Of a stretch of DNA of 64,000 nt, positions 1 to 14,379 are shown one piece after another. Each line of letters opens with the position of its first letter. Position 1 is the first letter of the stretch. The notes beneath the pieces are model-generated. The model saw nothing but the letters and a program-made list of their open reading frames with translations, was not told the origin of the DNA and did no database searches. The stretch is taken from the NCBI RefSeq assembly GCF_006345805.1, contig NW_021832415.1, forward strand, positions 16,045-80,044, read 5' to 3'. Source of the stretch: Octopus sinensis (Eukaryota). A program made the position numbers and the translations under genes.

Positions 1-232
1 TTATTATTATAATTTATTATTTAAATATAAATATTAATATAATGACTCACTTTATTTAATACCGTTTGTTGTGGTGTGTTTACCATTATCCTAACATTAC
101 CAATTATAATACAAAAATAACCATTTTATCAACATTTTAGACCTAAAAACAGCATAAAATGAATAAATACCCCAAAAAAGACGGTTTTCTTTACAAACCT
201 AACCATAGAAGGAACCCCCCAGTACCCCGACT

Positions 233-1785
233 TTGACCCAGAATACACAGATGACTACATCTTCCACGACAATGGATCAGACTCTGAAATATCCACAGGT
301 AACTCCCACTGTCTCAACATATCAAGCAGAGAGAAACCCCCACAGGTCAGCAGAGACAGACACGACTCGATTACTCTACGAAAATGAAAATAAATTGGCC
401 CACGAGAACATTCTTCGGCAAAATTTGCTGGTAAAAATTGCCCAGAAGCAACAAGACGGCAATTCCAACTCAGAAGAGACGTTTATTGTGTGCTAAAAGT
501 TATTTTTTAGTGTTTCTTATACTTTAAATGAAAATGATTTGAGAAAGTCCATCAATGAGGCCAAGAAGAAGAACTGTGGAGGTAATTTCCCCAAAGAATC
601 TGTCTCCACAAGCCCGGATATGATTGTCTTGAGGGATGAAAGTACAATGGATGATAAAACAGGTTTATTATATATTAATTAGTCATTATTTGTTAATTAA
701 TAGTATAAATATACATTTAGTAAATTAATTAGTACTATTAAAACACTAATTAATTATATGTATTACAAAACGAATATTGGTACCACAAGAACATATAACA
801 AATAGTTAAATTTTCGCTCTATTTAATTTATATATTAAAATAATTTATTTAAATAATATTATATGAATAAATATTTAGTTTAAATTAAATTAAAATATAT
901 TATATTAGATCTGGAATTACTTAGTCAGTCAAGTGTGTTAGTATATAACTTTCCAAACACAGTCTGTGCAGATTATCTGAGGACATATTTCACAAAATAT
1001 GGACAGGTTGGTTAAATAAGTCAATCCAGGTGGTGAGGGCACTCATTTTGGCGCGAAATTCGGAGAAGGAGTCCACCAAATTCGGCTTTGTCGAGTTTTC
1101 ATTTCCCGCGTCTGCAAAAAAGTGTCTGGAAAGTGGAGATGAGTCACAAATTGAAGGATCAGTCCTCAAATTTGACCAGGTTAAAAAGAGCGGGAATAAT
1201 TTAGCCAAGTCTCCACATCCTCAAAATGTTGAATTCTCAAAAAACCCCCCAAAAACGGTCTCCTTCTCCCGCCAAAAAACGTTTGAATCCTCGAATAACC
1301 CCATCTATCAAATAGCAGTACCACAACGACCGAATTTGAATTGGAGTGACTCAGATGACTCACTTTTTGGGAAAAACAGATTCAAACTTCCCGCCAAAAA
1401 ACAAGAAAATAATTCCCGCCAAAATGATGAGTCCAAAATTCGGCGTTTCCCTGATTATCAGTATTCCAGAAAGTCCCCTCCTCGTCGATATTCCCGCCAA
1501 AAACAACATACTCCCAATCGTCATGACAACCGTCGGCACATCAAAGAAAGGGGAGGTCACCATGGTTACCTGAGAGAAGAAGAAAGGCGACTTGAAAGAG
1601 AACGGGAGGCATTGAAACGAGAGAGAGAAAAGTTAGAGAGAGAACGAGCAGAATTAGCCAAGAGAATATATGTAAGTCGACGAGAAGTCCACTACGAGAA
1701 GAGGCACCCGCATGTGGGGTCAGTCAAACGAGGGTGGACAGACTGGGGGAATAACCGAGGTGATTCATCACGACAATATGTTTGA
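233..1785 (+). CDS. Multi-exon RRM protein with ER-rich coiled coil (SAFB/SLTM-like)
   Basis: Spliced reading VLVYNFPNTVCADYLRTYFTKYGQ|VVRALIL...KFGFVEF (23-nt GT-AG intron 1007-1029) forms an RRM. It is followed by REEERRLEREREALKREREKLERE. The 5' exon structure is approximate. Confidence 0.72.
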
Positions 1786-2914
1786 ATATTCAACACCTGA
1801 TATATCAATTATTAGTCCATCAGACATTCCGGTGATTCATTCAGATTGCACTCTGATCGACATTACTCTCGGCGATATTGACATTCGGCATAATTACTTG
1901 TTAACTTAAATAAAATGATTAATAATATGTTAATATAGATCTAATAAGGATAATTTAGTCACGACAACATTCTCACCAGAAGGGGGCTACATTAAATAGA
2001 ATACTCCATGAAGGCAATCAGAAGTCATCCTCATGCATAGGAATATACTGCCTAGAATAAATCAGAGTAGAGAGCAGTACATTCTCTTCTCGACGTCCAG
2101 AGAAAATATACAAACTACACGAGTTACATTAATAAAGCATAACACAGTGACATGAGAAAGCTGTGGCAACAACTTTGGATGCGAATGTTTTGATCGAAGA
2201 ACTCCGAAGAATATCAAAAGAGTATTCAATCACATTTATCAAGTCATTTTATTCGGTTTCGGGAACCCATTTTATGTGATAAGTTGATCCTCTCTCTTTG
2301 TGAGATCAACCTCAGTCACGCTTTGTACGGAGGTGGAATATTCTCATCAGAATAATATTCATGTTCGTTTTTTTAGCAGTCAGGAGAGAGAGACCTTGAT
2401 TGCTAAGGAAGCTGCTCTTCTTGAGGGTACCAAAGCTTAATTTTCTTGTTTCTTTGGTCATTTTCCCAAATATATTCCAATTTCAGTATTTATAAACTGG
2501 TTTACTCAGATGTAAACTCATTTGCTTTTATTGTTTATCTTCTTTGAAATGGAGGATCTCTGGACGAGTGATAATACCCATCGTGTTTGTACATGACTGA
2601 CTGACATTAGTAGAATAACGTATTTGTTGGTGTATATGTTACGGGGAAAGTCATTAATCCGGGCAATTACCATAATGAACTTGAATTCTCAATTTTTTAA
2701 TTTCTGAAATTTGTAATACGTCATAACGAAATAGACATTGTTATTTTCTTGGAGTTTTTTTAGATAGTTTTTTTATTTCCTTTATTTTCTGTAAAAAATT
2801 CTAATATTAAGTAATATTAAAAACTTGATTTTTTCGAGTAGATTTTTAAAATTTCAAGTTTTCAGTTTAAATTAGCATTAATGCCTGAGAATTAACATAA
2901 TCTCCTAAAACAAG

Positions 2915-3960
2915 TTGAGCACAAAAAATGCTCATAATCATGGCCCCTTTGAGGATCATGAGATAAAAAGCATGAAACTAGTTTCTGACCTGAAAGATTC
3001 CGCAAAGGCGTCAGAAGACAGAACTATGAATGTGGTGTCAAGAAGCCTCATTGGAGCCAATGTTGACGTCATTAAAATCTTGCCAAAGGAACGTTCATTG
3101 ACTCGTCTCGTTCAACGGGAAAGAGAAACACTGATACAAATTTTGTTCCGACCATTCCTGAAATTCCTGAAAGTTTGTGGTATAATGATCGGGGCGAAAT
3201 TTTTTATCGCAGGATTCTGGAATTAATGATGTAAATCGTTACGTCATTTTTTGTTCGGATTATCAGATTGACATTTTGAAAAAAATCAGATGTCTGGGTT
3301 ATTGATGGTACCTTTAAAAGCGTGCCTAATCAATTCGAACAAATGATTACAATACAAGGAAATACTTAGGTAAATTCTGGCCTCTTGCGCACGCTCTTTT
3401 GCTCAACAAAACAGAAAATTCCTACTGTGCATTATTTGAAGAAATAAAGACACTTGTTGTTACTTCACCAGCAGGTATTTTAATTGATTTTGAAAAGGGG
3501 TAATTAATCCACAAAATCAGTTTTTTCGTCGTCTATGTATTTGGCTGCAATTTCCATTTCGGCCAAATCATATGGCGGAAAATACAATGTCTTGGTCTTG
3601 TGGGAGCCTACAAAGACGTTTCATCGTGGGAACGAAAATTATTGAGAAAATGCTACCATTTAGCTTTCATCCCTGTGGAAAATGTTTTAATGGAATTTGA
3701 AAATTTTCTCTTGATGCGACAAAAAAGAAAACAACCAACAGATAATGAATTTTTTGGTTTATTTTCAAAACCAATTTATTGCTGACCCATCTTATGACGT
3801 CAGTTTTTGGAGTTGTTTTTATCGAATATTAAAGTCAATGCCCAGGACGACCAATTCATTGGAGGGTTGGCATAAGCTGTTGAACAGTTCTTTTAACAGA
3901 GCGCACCCAAATATTTTTCTTCGTAGACGAGTTGTCGCTCAACGGTTTCTTTCAATCTGA
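2915..3960 (+). mobile_element. Degenerate MULE (Mutator) DDE transposase
   Basis: Frameshifted motifs HNH, WVIDGTFKSVPNQFEQMITIQG, IDFEKG, CNFHFGQIIWRKIQ and PRTTNSLEGWH. Confidence 0.85.
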
Positions 3961-4726
3961 CGAATCAATTCTTTTTACAACTCAATCTTTTGTGCCAGAA
4001 TTAGCATTTGACTGGAATCCCGTCCACAGTCACATCTCTCTCATCCTGTTAGATATTTGCTATTGAAATTTTAATTTATCTTTTTGGGAATCAGAAATAG
4101 TTGTATTAAAGATCATCTCGTGATAATCTAATTTACAGTATCTAAAAAAATTATTTTCATTATTTAAGGATTTAAAATATTCAAATTTGGCGTCATTTAA
4201 GTCCCACGAGATTTAATTTTACTTGACTCTGTGGATTGTGGATTTGGCCATAATTGATAAATAGCTGACATAAAAATTAAGGGCCAGTTGTAGGCAATGT
4301 AAGTCGTTCATATTTATTTTCTTCTCTTGTCTAGAAATTTCTGGAACTGGTTTTTAACAATTATCGATAATGTTTCGTACCAGTTCGGAATTTCGTCTAT
4401 CAAATTCACGCTAAGGGCCGCCTTGAACGTTAATCTCCTTGTTTTCTCAACTAATTTGATGATTCTTGTTTTAGAAGAGGACAAGGTTTGCCCTCACATA
4501 CATCAACACAGGAAGAATAGCTGCCCGATAAATAAATAGCAGTCTCCGAAAGTAGACGAAATTCAATTAGGCAGATAATAATTTGTGTACATTGTTTTTT
4601 CCTTAGGATAATTCATAGTTTCCCAACCTTAGACATATTTTGTGCGTTTCAAAGAATTTTAAATATAAAAAAATAATTTAATTTATATGAACTTTTTTGA
4701 GATATTTATATATTCACATATTTATA

Positions 4727-6611
4727 TGTCACAGGCCACAACTGTTACTCCGCCAGATATGTTACACTAAAAATTCATATAAATAGAAATATAAACTTTT
4801 AAAATTAAAAATTAATACAAAACATAACCTAATTGTTCGCAAAAATATGCTTTTCTGAATAGAAAAAATTTGGACTGAAACATGAATTTTTTCCCAAAAA
4901 CCAACATACCGTGTAAAATATGAGTTTTAAATTATTTAGCAATCTATTTAATTTTGGCTTATCCATATCTTTTTTTTATTAAATAATTATTCTTTTTTTT
5001 TAATAAAAAAAATTTTAAAAGCCTCTTATTAGTTTAAAACGTTTTCTATCAAGGAATCACAAAAAAGAGGATCATTCCCAATTTTAATAAGCGTGAAACA
5101 TGTATTTTCTCATACATGTCACCTGTCTCACTTGTATTGTTACTACAAAATCGTCTTTTGCCACAATTGTGTATTTCACCATCTCTAATCCATCATAAAG
5201 TGGATATTGTCGTTTGTTAGCGTCATTATCTTGCCTAAATTACATGTTTATACATCCCAAATACCTTAAGATTACTATCTCTCCTACACTAAAAGTAGCC
5301 TCGTCATACTTCCATTTTCTTCTCTGAGCCATTTTATCAGCTGCCAACAGAATATTTACATACGCTTCATTCCTTTCCTCTTCCAAATATTCTATGTCAT
5401 CATTTTGCAATAACAATGATTCTAGTTCCTCCTCTGATGTTTCAATAGGATATTTTATGCCCATAAATAGATTAAATGGGACTTTTTTTGTGGTGGAATG
5501 GACAGTATTGTTATAATCAAAAACAATGTCTTTGATTATATCGCAATAGCGTCCAAAACATTCATCAGAGTAACTTTTAGATGAAATCCATCTTTTGATA
5601 CTCTGATTTAGTCTAAAGAATAATGTTATCTTACAACCTTTCCACCTGTCCCTGTACCCAAGGAGCCTTGGTCGTCCACGGACATGTTTAATTTTGTACT
5701 TTTCACATAAACGGGCGACATGGTCATTGCAAAATTCTTTACCATTGTCTGTATGCAAGATCAATGGTGGCCCAATATAATAAAAGATGTTCTGAAATAA
5801 CGAAGCAATTTCATGAGCTCTTTTGGTAAAAGATAACTCAACTATCGCGAATTTCGAAAAAGAATCGACATTACAAGAATCTAATCTTTATATAGCCAAA
5901 AGTACCCAGTTATAAGAATCATTAATATCTGAATATCTCCTTAGGTCCACTAAATCGGCGATATACCGATCGCGACTCCGCCTTGCAATGATCGGCGTAA
6001 CTGGGGGTTTAGTAGCCAATGATTTTTTTGACTAAAAAATTAATAAAAAAAACTTAAAACTGGCAAGGAATACATCGTTTTATGACACGATTGATCTCTG
6101 CACGTGATATTCCGTGGTATAAGCGCGCCAATTTTGAAAACAACCGGTCTCGACCAAAATGATTCAAATTATGTTCAGCCAATTGAAATAAACATTTATT
6201 ATGCAAACTTCAATATATTTATCTTTAAGTTCAGCTTCATCGCTGCAGAAAAATCTTAATTTAAGTCCATCTTTAGTGATATATGGAGCTCCATCCAAAA
6301 AATCAAATTTATTTGCTAATTTCAGTAGTCTTGATCTTTGCATCCGCGAAAGCGTCCTGCTGACGAATACGAGCTCAGGATTGCTCTTAAGTTCCTTAAG
6401 TAATTCTAAGTCTTCCTTTGTTACTTGCACTAAACGCATTTTTAACGTGTATTTGTAATTTAAAAAAACATCAATATTTTTTAAAAATTTATAAGTTTTC
6501 TTTGATTTCATAGAAATATACCAAAGGATTCATGTTTTAAGTTTTTTCCAACTTGACAATTTGATGTTGGTGTAAACATATCTGGCGGAGTAACAGTTGT
6601 GGCCGGTGACA
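4727..6611 (-). mobile_element. Ginger-like (Gypsy-integrase-related) DNA transposon, full length, degenerate
   Basis: 37-bp TIR TGTCAC(A/C)GGCCACAACTGTTACTCCGCCAGATATGTT with flanking TTTATA duplication. Spliced integrase has an HHCC finger (EHNLNH..CIPC) and DDE core (YIADLVD, HTDNGKEF, QGQVER), with about 5 introns of 25-30 nt. Confidence 0.85.
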
Positions 6612-6689
6612 TTTATATATTCAAATTTTTAAACTTGAAAACTCGCTGACCAGCCAAGTGTTTTTGCATCAATTTGACAGTTTCTAAGA

Positions 6690-7140
6690 TTTTCTACCAA
6701 TACGGAGTGACAGACACTGTGTAAACCATTCGACACATCGAAACAGATGATAGTGGTCGATAAGCAGAATTCTGTGCTTTGGATACTAAAGAATTCAGTC
6801 GATAGATGTAGTTAGCACAGAACCGCCCCGGACGAAAACTCCACTGATTGTGAAAAAGTCAGTGATTCTTTTCTATATTCAATACTAGCCTGTTATAAAT
6901 GATCTTCTTGTTTTCTTTAAAGTAGAACAAATTAGGCTTATATGCCTATAGCTTAAGACCTTTTCTTTATGTTTCTTAGGTTTTCGAACCATTCAAAATT
7001 CATTTTTTTCATGATTTGGAAACGTATACTTTCTACAGACTGGAATTGAAAAGGTTTGTAAGCAAAAACACCAAAAAATTCGGCGCATTTTTAAAACAGA
7101 CCATTTGAATCTTGTCATACTCCGGGGCCGCTAAACGCAA
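6690..7140 (-). mobile_element. Jockey-like LINE reverse-transcriptase remnant
   Basis: Minus-strand APEYDKI..LTNLFNSSL..KP..SYRPISL-like segment, then QWSFRPGR and FDVSNGLHSVCH. Homologous to 19060-19300. Confidence 0.7.
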
Positions 7141-7173
7141 ATTTCATTTAGTTCAAGCAAAAGTGATAAAAGA

Positions 7174-7500
7174 TTAATCAAAGGGAGGGCTAGCAGCCTG
7201 GCGGATTGCCAAACTGTTCCCCCTAATGACGGCGATCGAGAACCGTTGAAGAAGCCAGTCTACCTCGCGAGGATCGCGAGTGCGCATAGAGATTTTGACC
7301 CCGAGCTTGCGGAGGAATTTTTCCGTCTTTGGACCAAGAGCACCCGACGTCTCCACCGCTATCGGCACCACGAAAAACTCATCCGAAGGGCAGAATATTT
7401 AAATAGCTTTAAATATTCAGCCTTCTTAGCAGCAGATTTAGTTTCCAGACACAAGAAAAGGAGTATTTCCTCGAATTCGAACAGCCAGCCGCCCCACAGG
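7174..7500 (-). mobile_element. CRE-like RLE non-LTR retrotransposon 3' end
   Basis: PIAVETSGALG...DPREVDWLLQRFSIAVIRGN motif. Confidence 0.8.
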
Positions 7501-10500
7501 TCATTTCTCGTGGCTAAGGTGGACTGAATTATCGAGTGCGTATTTATACTTGTATATCTTCTCTGCCGGTTCGTAGTTCTCGAAGTAACTTATTAAAGTT
7601 CCCGATTTCGTGAAGAGAGTGGAAATCATCCTGACTTGTTCTGAAACGGCGGATTTCAATTTCTTTTTCCGTCCAACCTGCTTTTTGAGGACTTTCTCTA
7701 CAATTTTTTTTTGCTGCTTTGTTCTCCTTTGCTTTTCATATTCCCTTCTCCTGTTTATTGACTATAACCATATACGGAGACAGAGTTTACTGACTTTCTT
7801 CTCCCACGTTTCCTTATTTTTAATTGAAACAACAGGAAATTTGTATTATTATATATTTATAATTAAATGGCGAGTACTTCCTCAACATGGATTCACCCCT
7901 TTTGAACTTCTGGATTAACAAAATTATATTACATCGAATTTCGAATTTTATAAGTAAATACGATTAACCCGAGTATTTTATAGTCACACGAAAATATGCT
8001 CAGTTTGCGCACAAGTGTTTATCTTTGGATTTATAATTTGCAAACTCCTCTTAGGTCTTTAGCTACCAAAGAATTCGAATCTGTGTTTATAGTGCATTAT
8101 ATCTTAAAGTTGCCAAGTTTTCCTCAGATAATCCTTTCTAAATTTAATTTAAGTGTCTTATTGGGTAGCTTACTCAATTTATGTAAATTACAAACCAAGA
8201 GAGCACAATTCTTTTATCAAGCTTAGTTGTATTTTAGAAACATCAAAAAACGGGCATAAAGTATCAGCGGATTGGAGCTTCTCTGTAATCGCGACACTGT
8301 GATCAAGTCAAGCACGGGCGTGCGGGAACGTCCCTTTTACGTTCATTAAGGACTTTATCAAACAATCTTCCAAAATTTCATCACCGGGCTCAAGATTGTT
8401 ATTAATTGAGATAACTAGGCTAGATTTTCAAAAAGTTCAAGAACTATTCGAATATAGAAGGGCATGGCTTGCACCTGTTTGCCCCCATGCTAATTTTCTC
8501 TTTATTAGACTCTTCGACTTTATTTACTATAAAAGGGGATTCGAGTTATTTACTAAAGAAGTGCCTATACGGATGCACAAAGTTTTCGACTATGATGTTC
8601 TCAAGTCATGTGGAGAAAGTACTCGCCAATGTACTAGCCAAGGATCTGTGAAATATTCTGAAAGTGATTTAAAAAAAGTGCCCGTTTCCACTCACAGTCT
8701 GTATCAATAAAATATACGAAGTAATCTCCGTAACTGTAGAATATGCGCCTTGAAAATTTGCCATTTTCTCTCTCAGAATTGAACGTATAACTTTTTCGGA
8801 CACTTTCTCTGGTATTGTTTAAAACTCAGTTACAACATGCTAGCCCAAACCGTGGTGAAAAAATACTCGATTGTGAAATATTGGGTCACTGCCCAACTGG
8901 GTCCCCAGATGGCTGGACAAGGGGTTGGGGGGACGAAAGGAGTCGGGTCAGCTACGTTTTGGTTGTCTCACGAGGCCTTTTCGAAGGCCAACAAAACCTA
9001 TTATTCATAAATTTTAATTGATTAAATTTTAATGTTTTATTTTTACTATTATTTTATTTTTTTACAAAAAAATCTGGCCATGTGCCCACAAAAACGTGTC
9101 TATGGCAAGACGGAAGTGCTATTAACCTACTAACTAAATATTTACTAGAATAATAAAATTTTTACTAAGCGAGATAGGAAAAGTAGAGAAAAGGTGAGAT
9201 GCTAGGTAAGGTAGAAGAGTAGTCGAGAGTCCAAGGATCAGCTCAACTACGTCGGACTGCGGTTTCCGCGGTTAATAAAAAATGGTGGTCGATGTCCGGA
9301 ACAAGTATCTACTGAACTAGATTTTATTAAAATGTTTTCATTCCATTCTATAAAAAAGTTTTAGATCTAATTAAATTTGGGTTATTGTCAAATCAGCTGG
9401 CTTATTTACTTGTTGCAGGAATTATTTGCAGCGGTCGAAAAACCCTTTTTTGTAGAAATCTCCGCTCGCCTATTAGCCATGCACTTTTTTGAAATTTTTT
9501 TAATGTTTATTGAATACAACTTTTATGAAGTCTCTCATTCTTGATTAAGAGTATCCGGACGATTGGTTTTCATAAGCACTTTCATATTTCCACGTTGAGA
9601 AAATCATATCCAACTGGATAATAAGCTCAAATCATTAGCATTTGTAATATTGTAGTTTCGGGAAATGAATTCTACGATAGAGATCATGTGTGTGTTTTTG
9701 AATTAACGACTTACATAATTCTTCAGGCAGTAATTGGCTTAATGTTTCAAGTCATGATAAAATAGAAAAAGAATTTGCTTAGATTTGTGGCTAACGAACT
9801 TGAACCTTCTTTCGGTCGCAATTGAATATGCTTCTCCGTAAGGATTCTGTGAACATTAATATCACTTTATTTAAATTTTTCAGGTTCGATATCAAATTTA
9901 GCCCAGATATCAGTATTCGTTAGCGAGCTTCATAAAAAAGGATGCAATTTATAAGAGCAGATGATTTGCTACATAGATTAAGTGAGCATATCCTATCCCC
10001 AATGTTACTTTCAGATATTTTCCATACAAAATTTGACTTGAAGGATCAAATAACAAAGATTTGTGGCAACAGAAAGTTTCCTTGCAAAATTGCTCTTTTT
10101 ATTTTCACTTCTAATGACTTAGAAACCAAAATTCAATCTTATTTTCCATTTCTTTATCAGGCTCTGAATAAAACAGCCAAGGTAACAAATAGTCTAAAAA
10201 CTTACTTCACATCAATCTTTGTAGAAAATTGTTTTTGCCATCTTTTTGGTTGATACGTTGGTTGATTAATGACACACTGATACACTGGTAATACACCTAT
10301 TTTTCGGCTCCATGACACATTTTTTGTATACTAAATTGATTGGCAGTAATCATGAGCTGCTGCCAATGTAAAGTCGTCCTATCCTATACAACCTATGTAA
10401 ATACAAACACGCGATCAACAGCCACCAATTTTGCAAGGATAAAGACATACAGTCTCCATAAGGTCTGTGAATAATGTAAATGAAATGCCTCCGGGGTAAT

Positions 10501-11269
10501 TGTTGGTGTATGAATATATACTAGACAGTTGGCAAGAATAGGTCTCCAGAAAAAGAAGAGCCATCTCACTCCCTTTGCAATGCCAATGGATTTGATTAGC
10601 ACAATCTGGAGCAGTTTAACTAGACTAATATCACATCCAAACTATTATGTGCTTATGTCACCGAAATGGCATATCCGAAAACTTAGCTAGCGCGAATTTG
10701 AGGCAGACAACTATTCCAAATCACGTGTAATTTTCCACTCTGTCCATTCTTAACAATGAGATATGCCAGCACAAGTAATAAGTCATGTGTTTTTCTCTTA
10801 AAAACAACCGTTTTATAGTTTATTTTAAATCTTGCGTTGTTTGGCCTAAATGTTAGATCAGAGGCGTTAATATTTCTCAGCAATTGCTAATAAACCAGTA
10901 GATGCAGTTTATCAAATCATTTAAAGAGAAACACTTTTCCTGCGATTTTTTGAAATTAGATAATATACACGTCGAATTTCCAAATCAATATTTTCAAAAT
11001 CTTTTGTTTCATTATTGACTAATTCAATATATTAATTGGAAAGGGATAAATCATATTTGTTTATGCCTTTAAAAATATTCGAAAATTGATTTTTCTATGC
11101 ACCACACTCCTTTTTCTTTACATTTCCTACAATAGTCTTTAAAATTGCATGTTTCAGAGCTATTCTTGAGGCCAACAGCGTTAAAAGCGCAAGCTTTAGT
11201 GTTAATGCACCAAACATTAGTGCTAATTTTCGCATATAAGCAAGAATTAACGGTTTTCGGAAAATTCTA

Positions 11270-11790
11270 TGTTAGAGTGAGAGCTATATATGGACAAAAA
11301 ATCTTTTTCAACCAAAAAACTGATTGTTGAACATTCAATTAATGAAAAATCTAACAAAGAAATAAGTGACTATATAAATATGTCTCAATCCTTCATAAGC
11401 CGAATACTTTGTCAATGGAGTAAATCCAGAGATATTGAGAGCAATATTTTTCCAAATTGAATGATTTATACAAGCAATAAATTTTTAATGCGTCGATGAT
11501 AATCCATTATTCACACTATCAAAACTAAAAGACATGCTGTTTTCAGAATATCGGATAAATATCAGTCCGAGTACTATTAACAGATGTCTTAAAGACTTTC
11601 ACTACACAGTGAAACAAATTGTGAAAATACCAGTGAGGCAAAATGTAATGCTACCATTAAACTTGAAAAAAATATGCGAGTAATTTTCGACGCTTACAAA
11701 TTGAAATCGAAGATAAGAACATCATTTTTCTGGATAAAGTAGGATTTTCAGTTTGTATGCGTGCGAAAAAAAGAGAGCCAGGTCCATTAT
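11270..11790 (+). mobile_element. IS630/Tc1-like transposase remnant (HTH plus first catalytic D)
   Basis: VDDNPLFTLSKLKDMLFSEYRINISPSTINRCLKDFHYTVKQI...IIFLDKVGFSVCMR, with frameshifts. Confidence 0.7.
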
Positions 11791-12672
11791 TTATAATAGA
11801 TAATTCTCGATACACCATTATAAAGAATTACTGAAGTCATTCCAAATTTTAATATTAAAATTTACTACAATACTTTCCTTTATAAATCCCATAGAGAGTA
11901 TATTCTTTGTATGGAAGCGTCTTGTAATTTCTGCAGCGAAATAGAGTTACAATACCCCATAGAAACGTTCTCCAGTTTTGTGAGTCGTCAGAAAAAACGT
12001 GTATTGAAACTAGCGAGAGAAATCAAACCAAATATCATGCGTTCTGTGTTCACGGCAAAGATTTTTTCAGTTATATTTCAGTCTTGTGGTTTTTCATTAT
12101 GTTTAACATTCGACTTTATTAGTGTCATTCTTAACCAGAACATTATTCTCAAACAAAATAAAATAAACATCATCTATCACACCATCATAAAAATAACACA
12201 AATAGTCAGTATAACCAATTCATAAAACGAAGATTTACTTTAAGTCTACAATCCTTTGCAATGGTATGTGCTTCGTATTTGTGTTAACCTCGCTCTCTCT
12301 TGTCTTTAATACCGGCCTTCAATATAATTTATTGTCATATCCGGGTTCGATTCCCCATTAAAACATTTTTTAAATAACAGTTTGAAACGATTAGCCTAAA
12401 CACCAACTCAAATGCTGACCAAATGAACGCTCTGGGTCACATAAAAGAATAATCTAAAACATGCTACAATCATTTTAGATAATTTTAGGGAAGCAAAAAT
12501 AATTTGCGTTTTCAAGAATGGTGGCTTGTCCGTAAGAATTAGCATTTTCTAACTTTTTAAGAAAAATGATTTTCTCATAAAGTTGGATTTATTTGATATT
12601 TTAATAAAAATAATATATAAATTCATTTTTAAAAACCATTTAAATAATAATAAAATATTGTCAATTTACAAA

Positions 12673-13630
12673 ATGCTCGGATTTTATCTTATTGCTCTAA
12701 TTTTAATAAATAATTTAACTGCAAATAATTTAAGCCAAATTGGAGAGTTTTTTATGAATATTAATTTGTGTTAGTTTTAACTGTGACTGCTATTATTCAT
12801 TATTCGAACGGGGTGATAATCCACGAACTATAAAAATACTGAATTCCCCACCAAAATGGAATTCCGAGTTTGAATTTAGAGATGCAGCAATCTTGTACTG
12901 AAAAGTTTTATATTAATAATAGTCAGTGTCAATCCAGTTCATTTTACGAAATATGGGCACATTCTTTTGACAATTTGCCTAAATTGCTTGAAATGTACAT
13001 CTAAACACTTATAATCATTAGCGATCTGAAATATTGTGATAATTTGAATTTTATTGACGTCGATGCTTTCTCAGATCTCACCCTTTTAAAAACAATGTAA
13101 TAATCATTTTTAATTTTAAAGAATAATGCCACAGAACTCCATTTTTAAACAACCTAATTTTAAGACCAAGACATCTATTCGGTATTTTAGTCAATCATTG
13201 TTTAGCATGTCTTCATCGAACAAGATATGCATATACAATGGCGAGTTGGAAGAGTATACAATGTATTCAGAGACTTTCTTATATAGGGTTACAATGAAGG
13301 ATTCTTATCTATATTTTGATACTACAGATGTTATACTGAGAAGTAAATGGCGTTCAATAAAAACTCTTACATTGTCTGAAACATATTGTATGTCTTACTT
13401 AATTATCAATAGCCTGCGATAAATGCGACCTCATGGAGCCATATAATATTCTATGCATAACTGGATATGTGGAAATTGATGATTCATGACCGATTCTACG
13501 TTAACTTTAATTTTATTTTCCTTTTTTGGTCTTAATTAATTTCAACTATTACTTGCTATTTTAGCAGTGTTGGTTTTACCAGACAAATTAAATTCTGTAA
13601 AAATTTTATAAAAGTCTCTCGAAGTCTAAA
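12673..13630 (+). CDS. LRR protein, LGR/glycoprotein-hormone-receptor-like; probably truncated or pseudogenised near TM1
   Basis: Signal peptide MLGFYLIALILINN. Spliced EIWAHSFDNLPKLLEI|DLKYCDNLNFIDVDAFSDLTLLKTI with phase-2 introns of 24-27 nt. Hinge-like CDLMEPYNIL and a TM1-like hydrophobic stretch ending KLNSVKIL. Confidence 0.58.
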
Positions 13631-14379
13631 AAGTATCATCGAACATAAAATTTATTATTTTGAATAGAATTAAGCTGCATTCTTAAATACATTTTTTGGA
13701 CAATTCATTAGATGCTTTACTTTCTTTTAGAAAAGTATTACATTCAATTTTTCACAAAAATTGAAAAATAAAAATCCAAATAAAATTAGTTTTCAATTAA
13801 TGTCTATTACTGCCTTGATTAATTTATAAAAATGCTAAAAAAAGTTTCTATAAAGTTTTTTGGTCAATTATGTCAACTTTTTAGATTTTTAAACAAATTT
13901 TTTAAGTCATTTCAATTTTTTAAACAAAATGGTTAGGATAAAGTTTTTAATCTCAAGTTTGACTCAATAGGCACACTCGGCAAAGCTTTCTCCGTTGTTA
14001 TATTTGTAAACCGCGACTTTTGGCGTTCTCTCGGCGGGATCATTCTAAACTTATTTTCTGTATAAATACTCTCCAGTGTTTTTCGGATAATCACTGACTG
14101 ATTGTAGGTTTGTGTGGGTCCTTCGATCAAACTTAGTTGCGGATTCCTGACATTCAACTTTGCCACAGATTTTGAAATAAAGAACTTTTCGTAAAAAATC
14201 CAGATGATCATAGGTCATCTGCGTTACTTGATCGATAATTACCCGTAACGAGAACAGATTCTTACGCTTCAGACTGCACATGGACTATGCGGTCTACGTT
14301 ATTGGTGGTTTCTCTCTTGTTATCTTTTGTAGAAACGTTTTACTCTACGAGCTTTCGATCGTCGAATTTAACTACAATC

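Noticed and set aside
2450-2680. Possible Gypsy integrase remnant (DFPRN..NKYVIL, ANEFTS) on the minus strand
   Set aside because: Too degenerate, with motifs in different frames, to support a call.
7990-10950. Exon-like blocks at 8230-8760 (+) and 9300-10950 (-)
   Set aside because: Probably host genes with micro-introns, but no consistent model or recognisable domain could be derived by eye.
12335-12360. CCGGGTTCGATTCCCC, a tRNA T-arm/B-box-like motif
   Set aside because: No pairing anticodon stem, D-arm or acceptor stem could be built.
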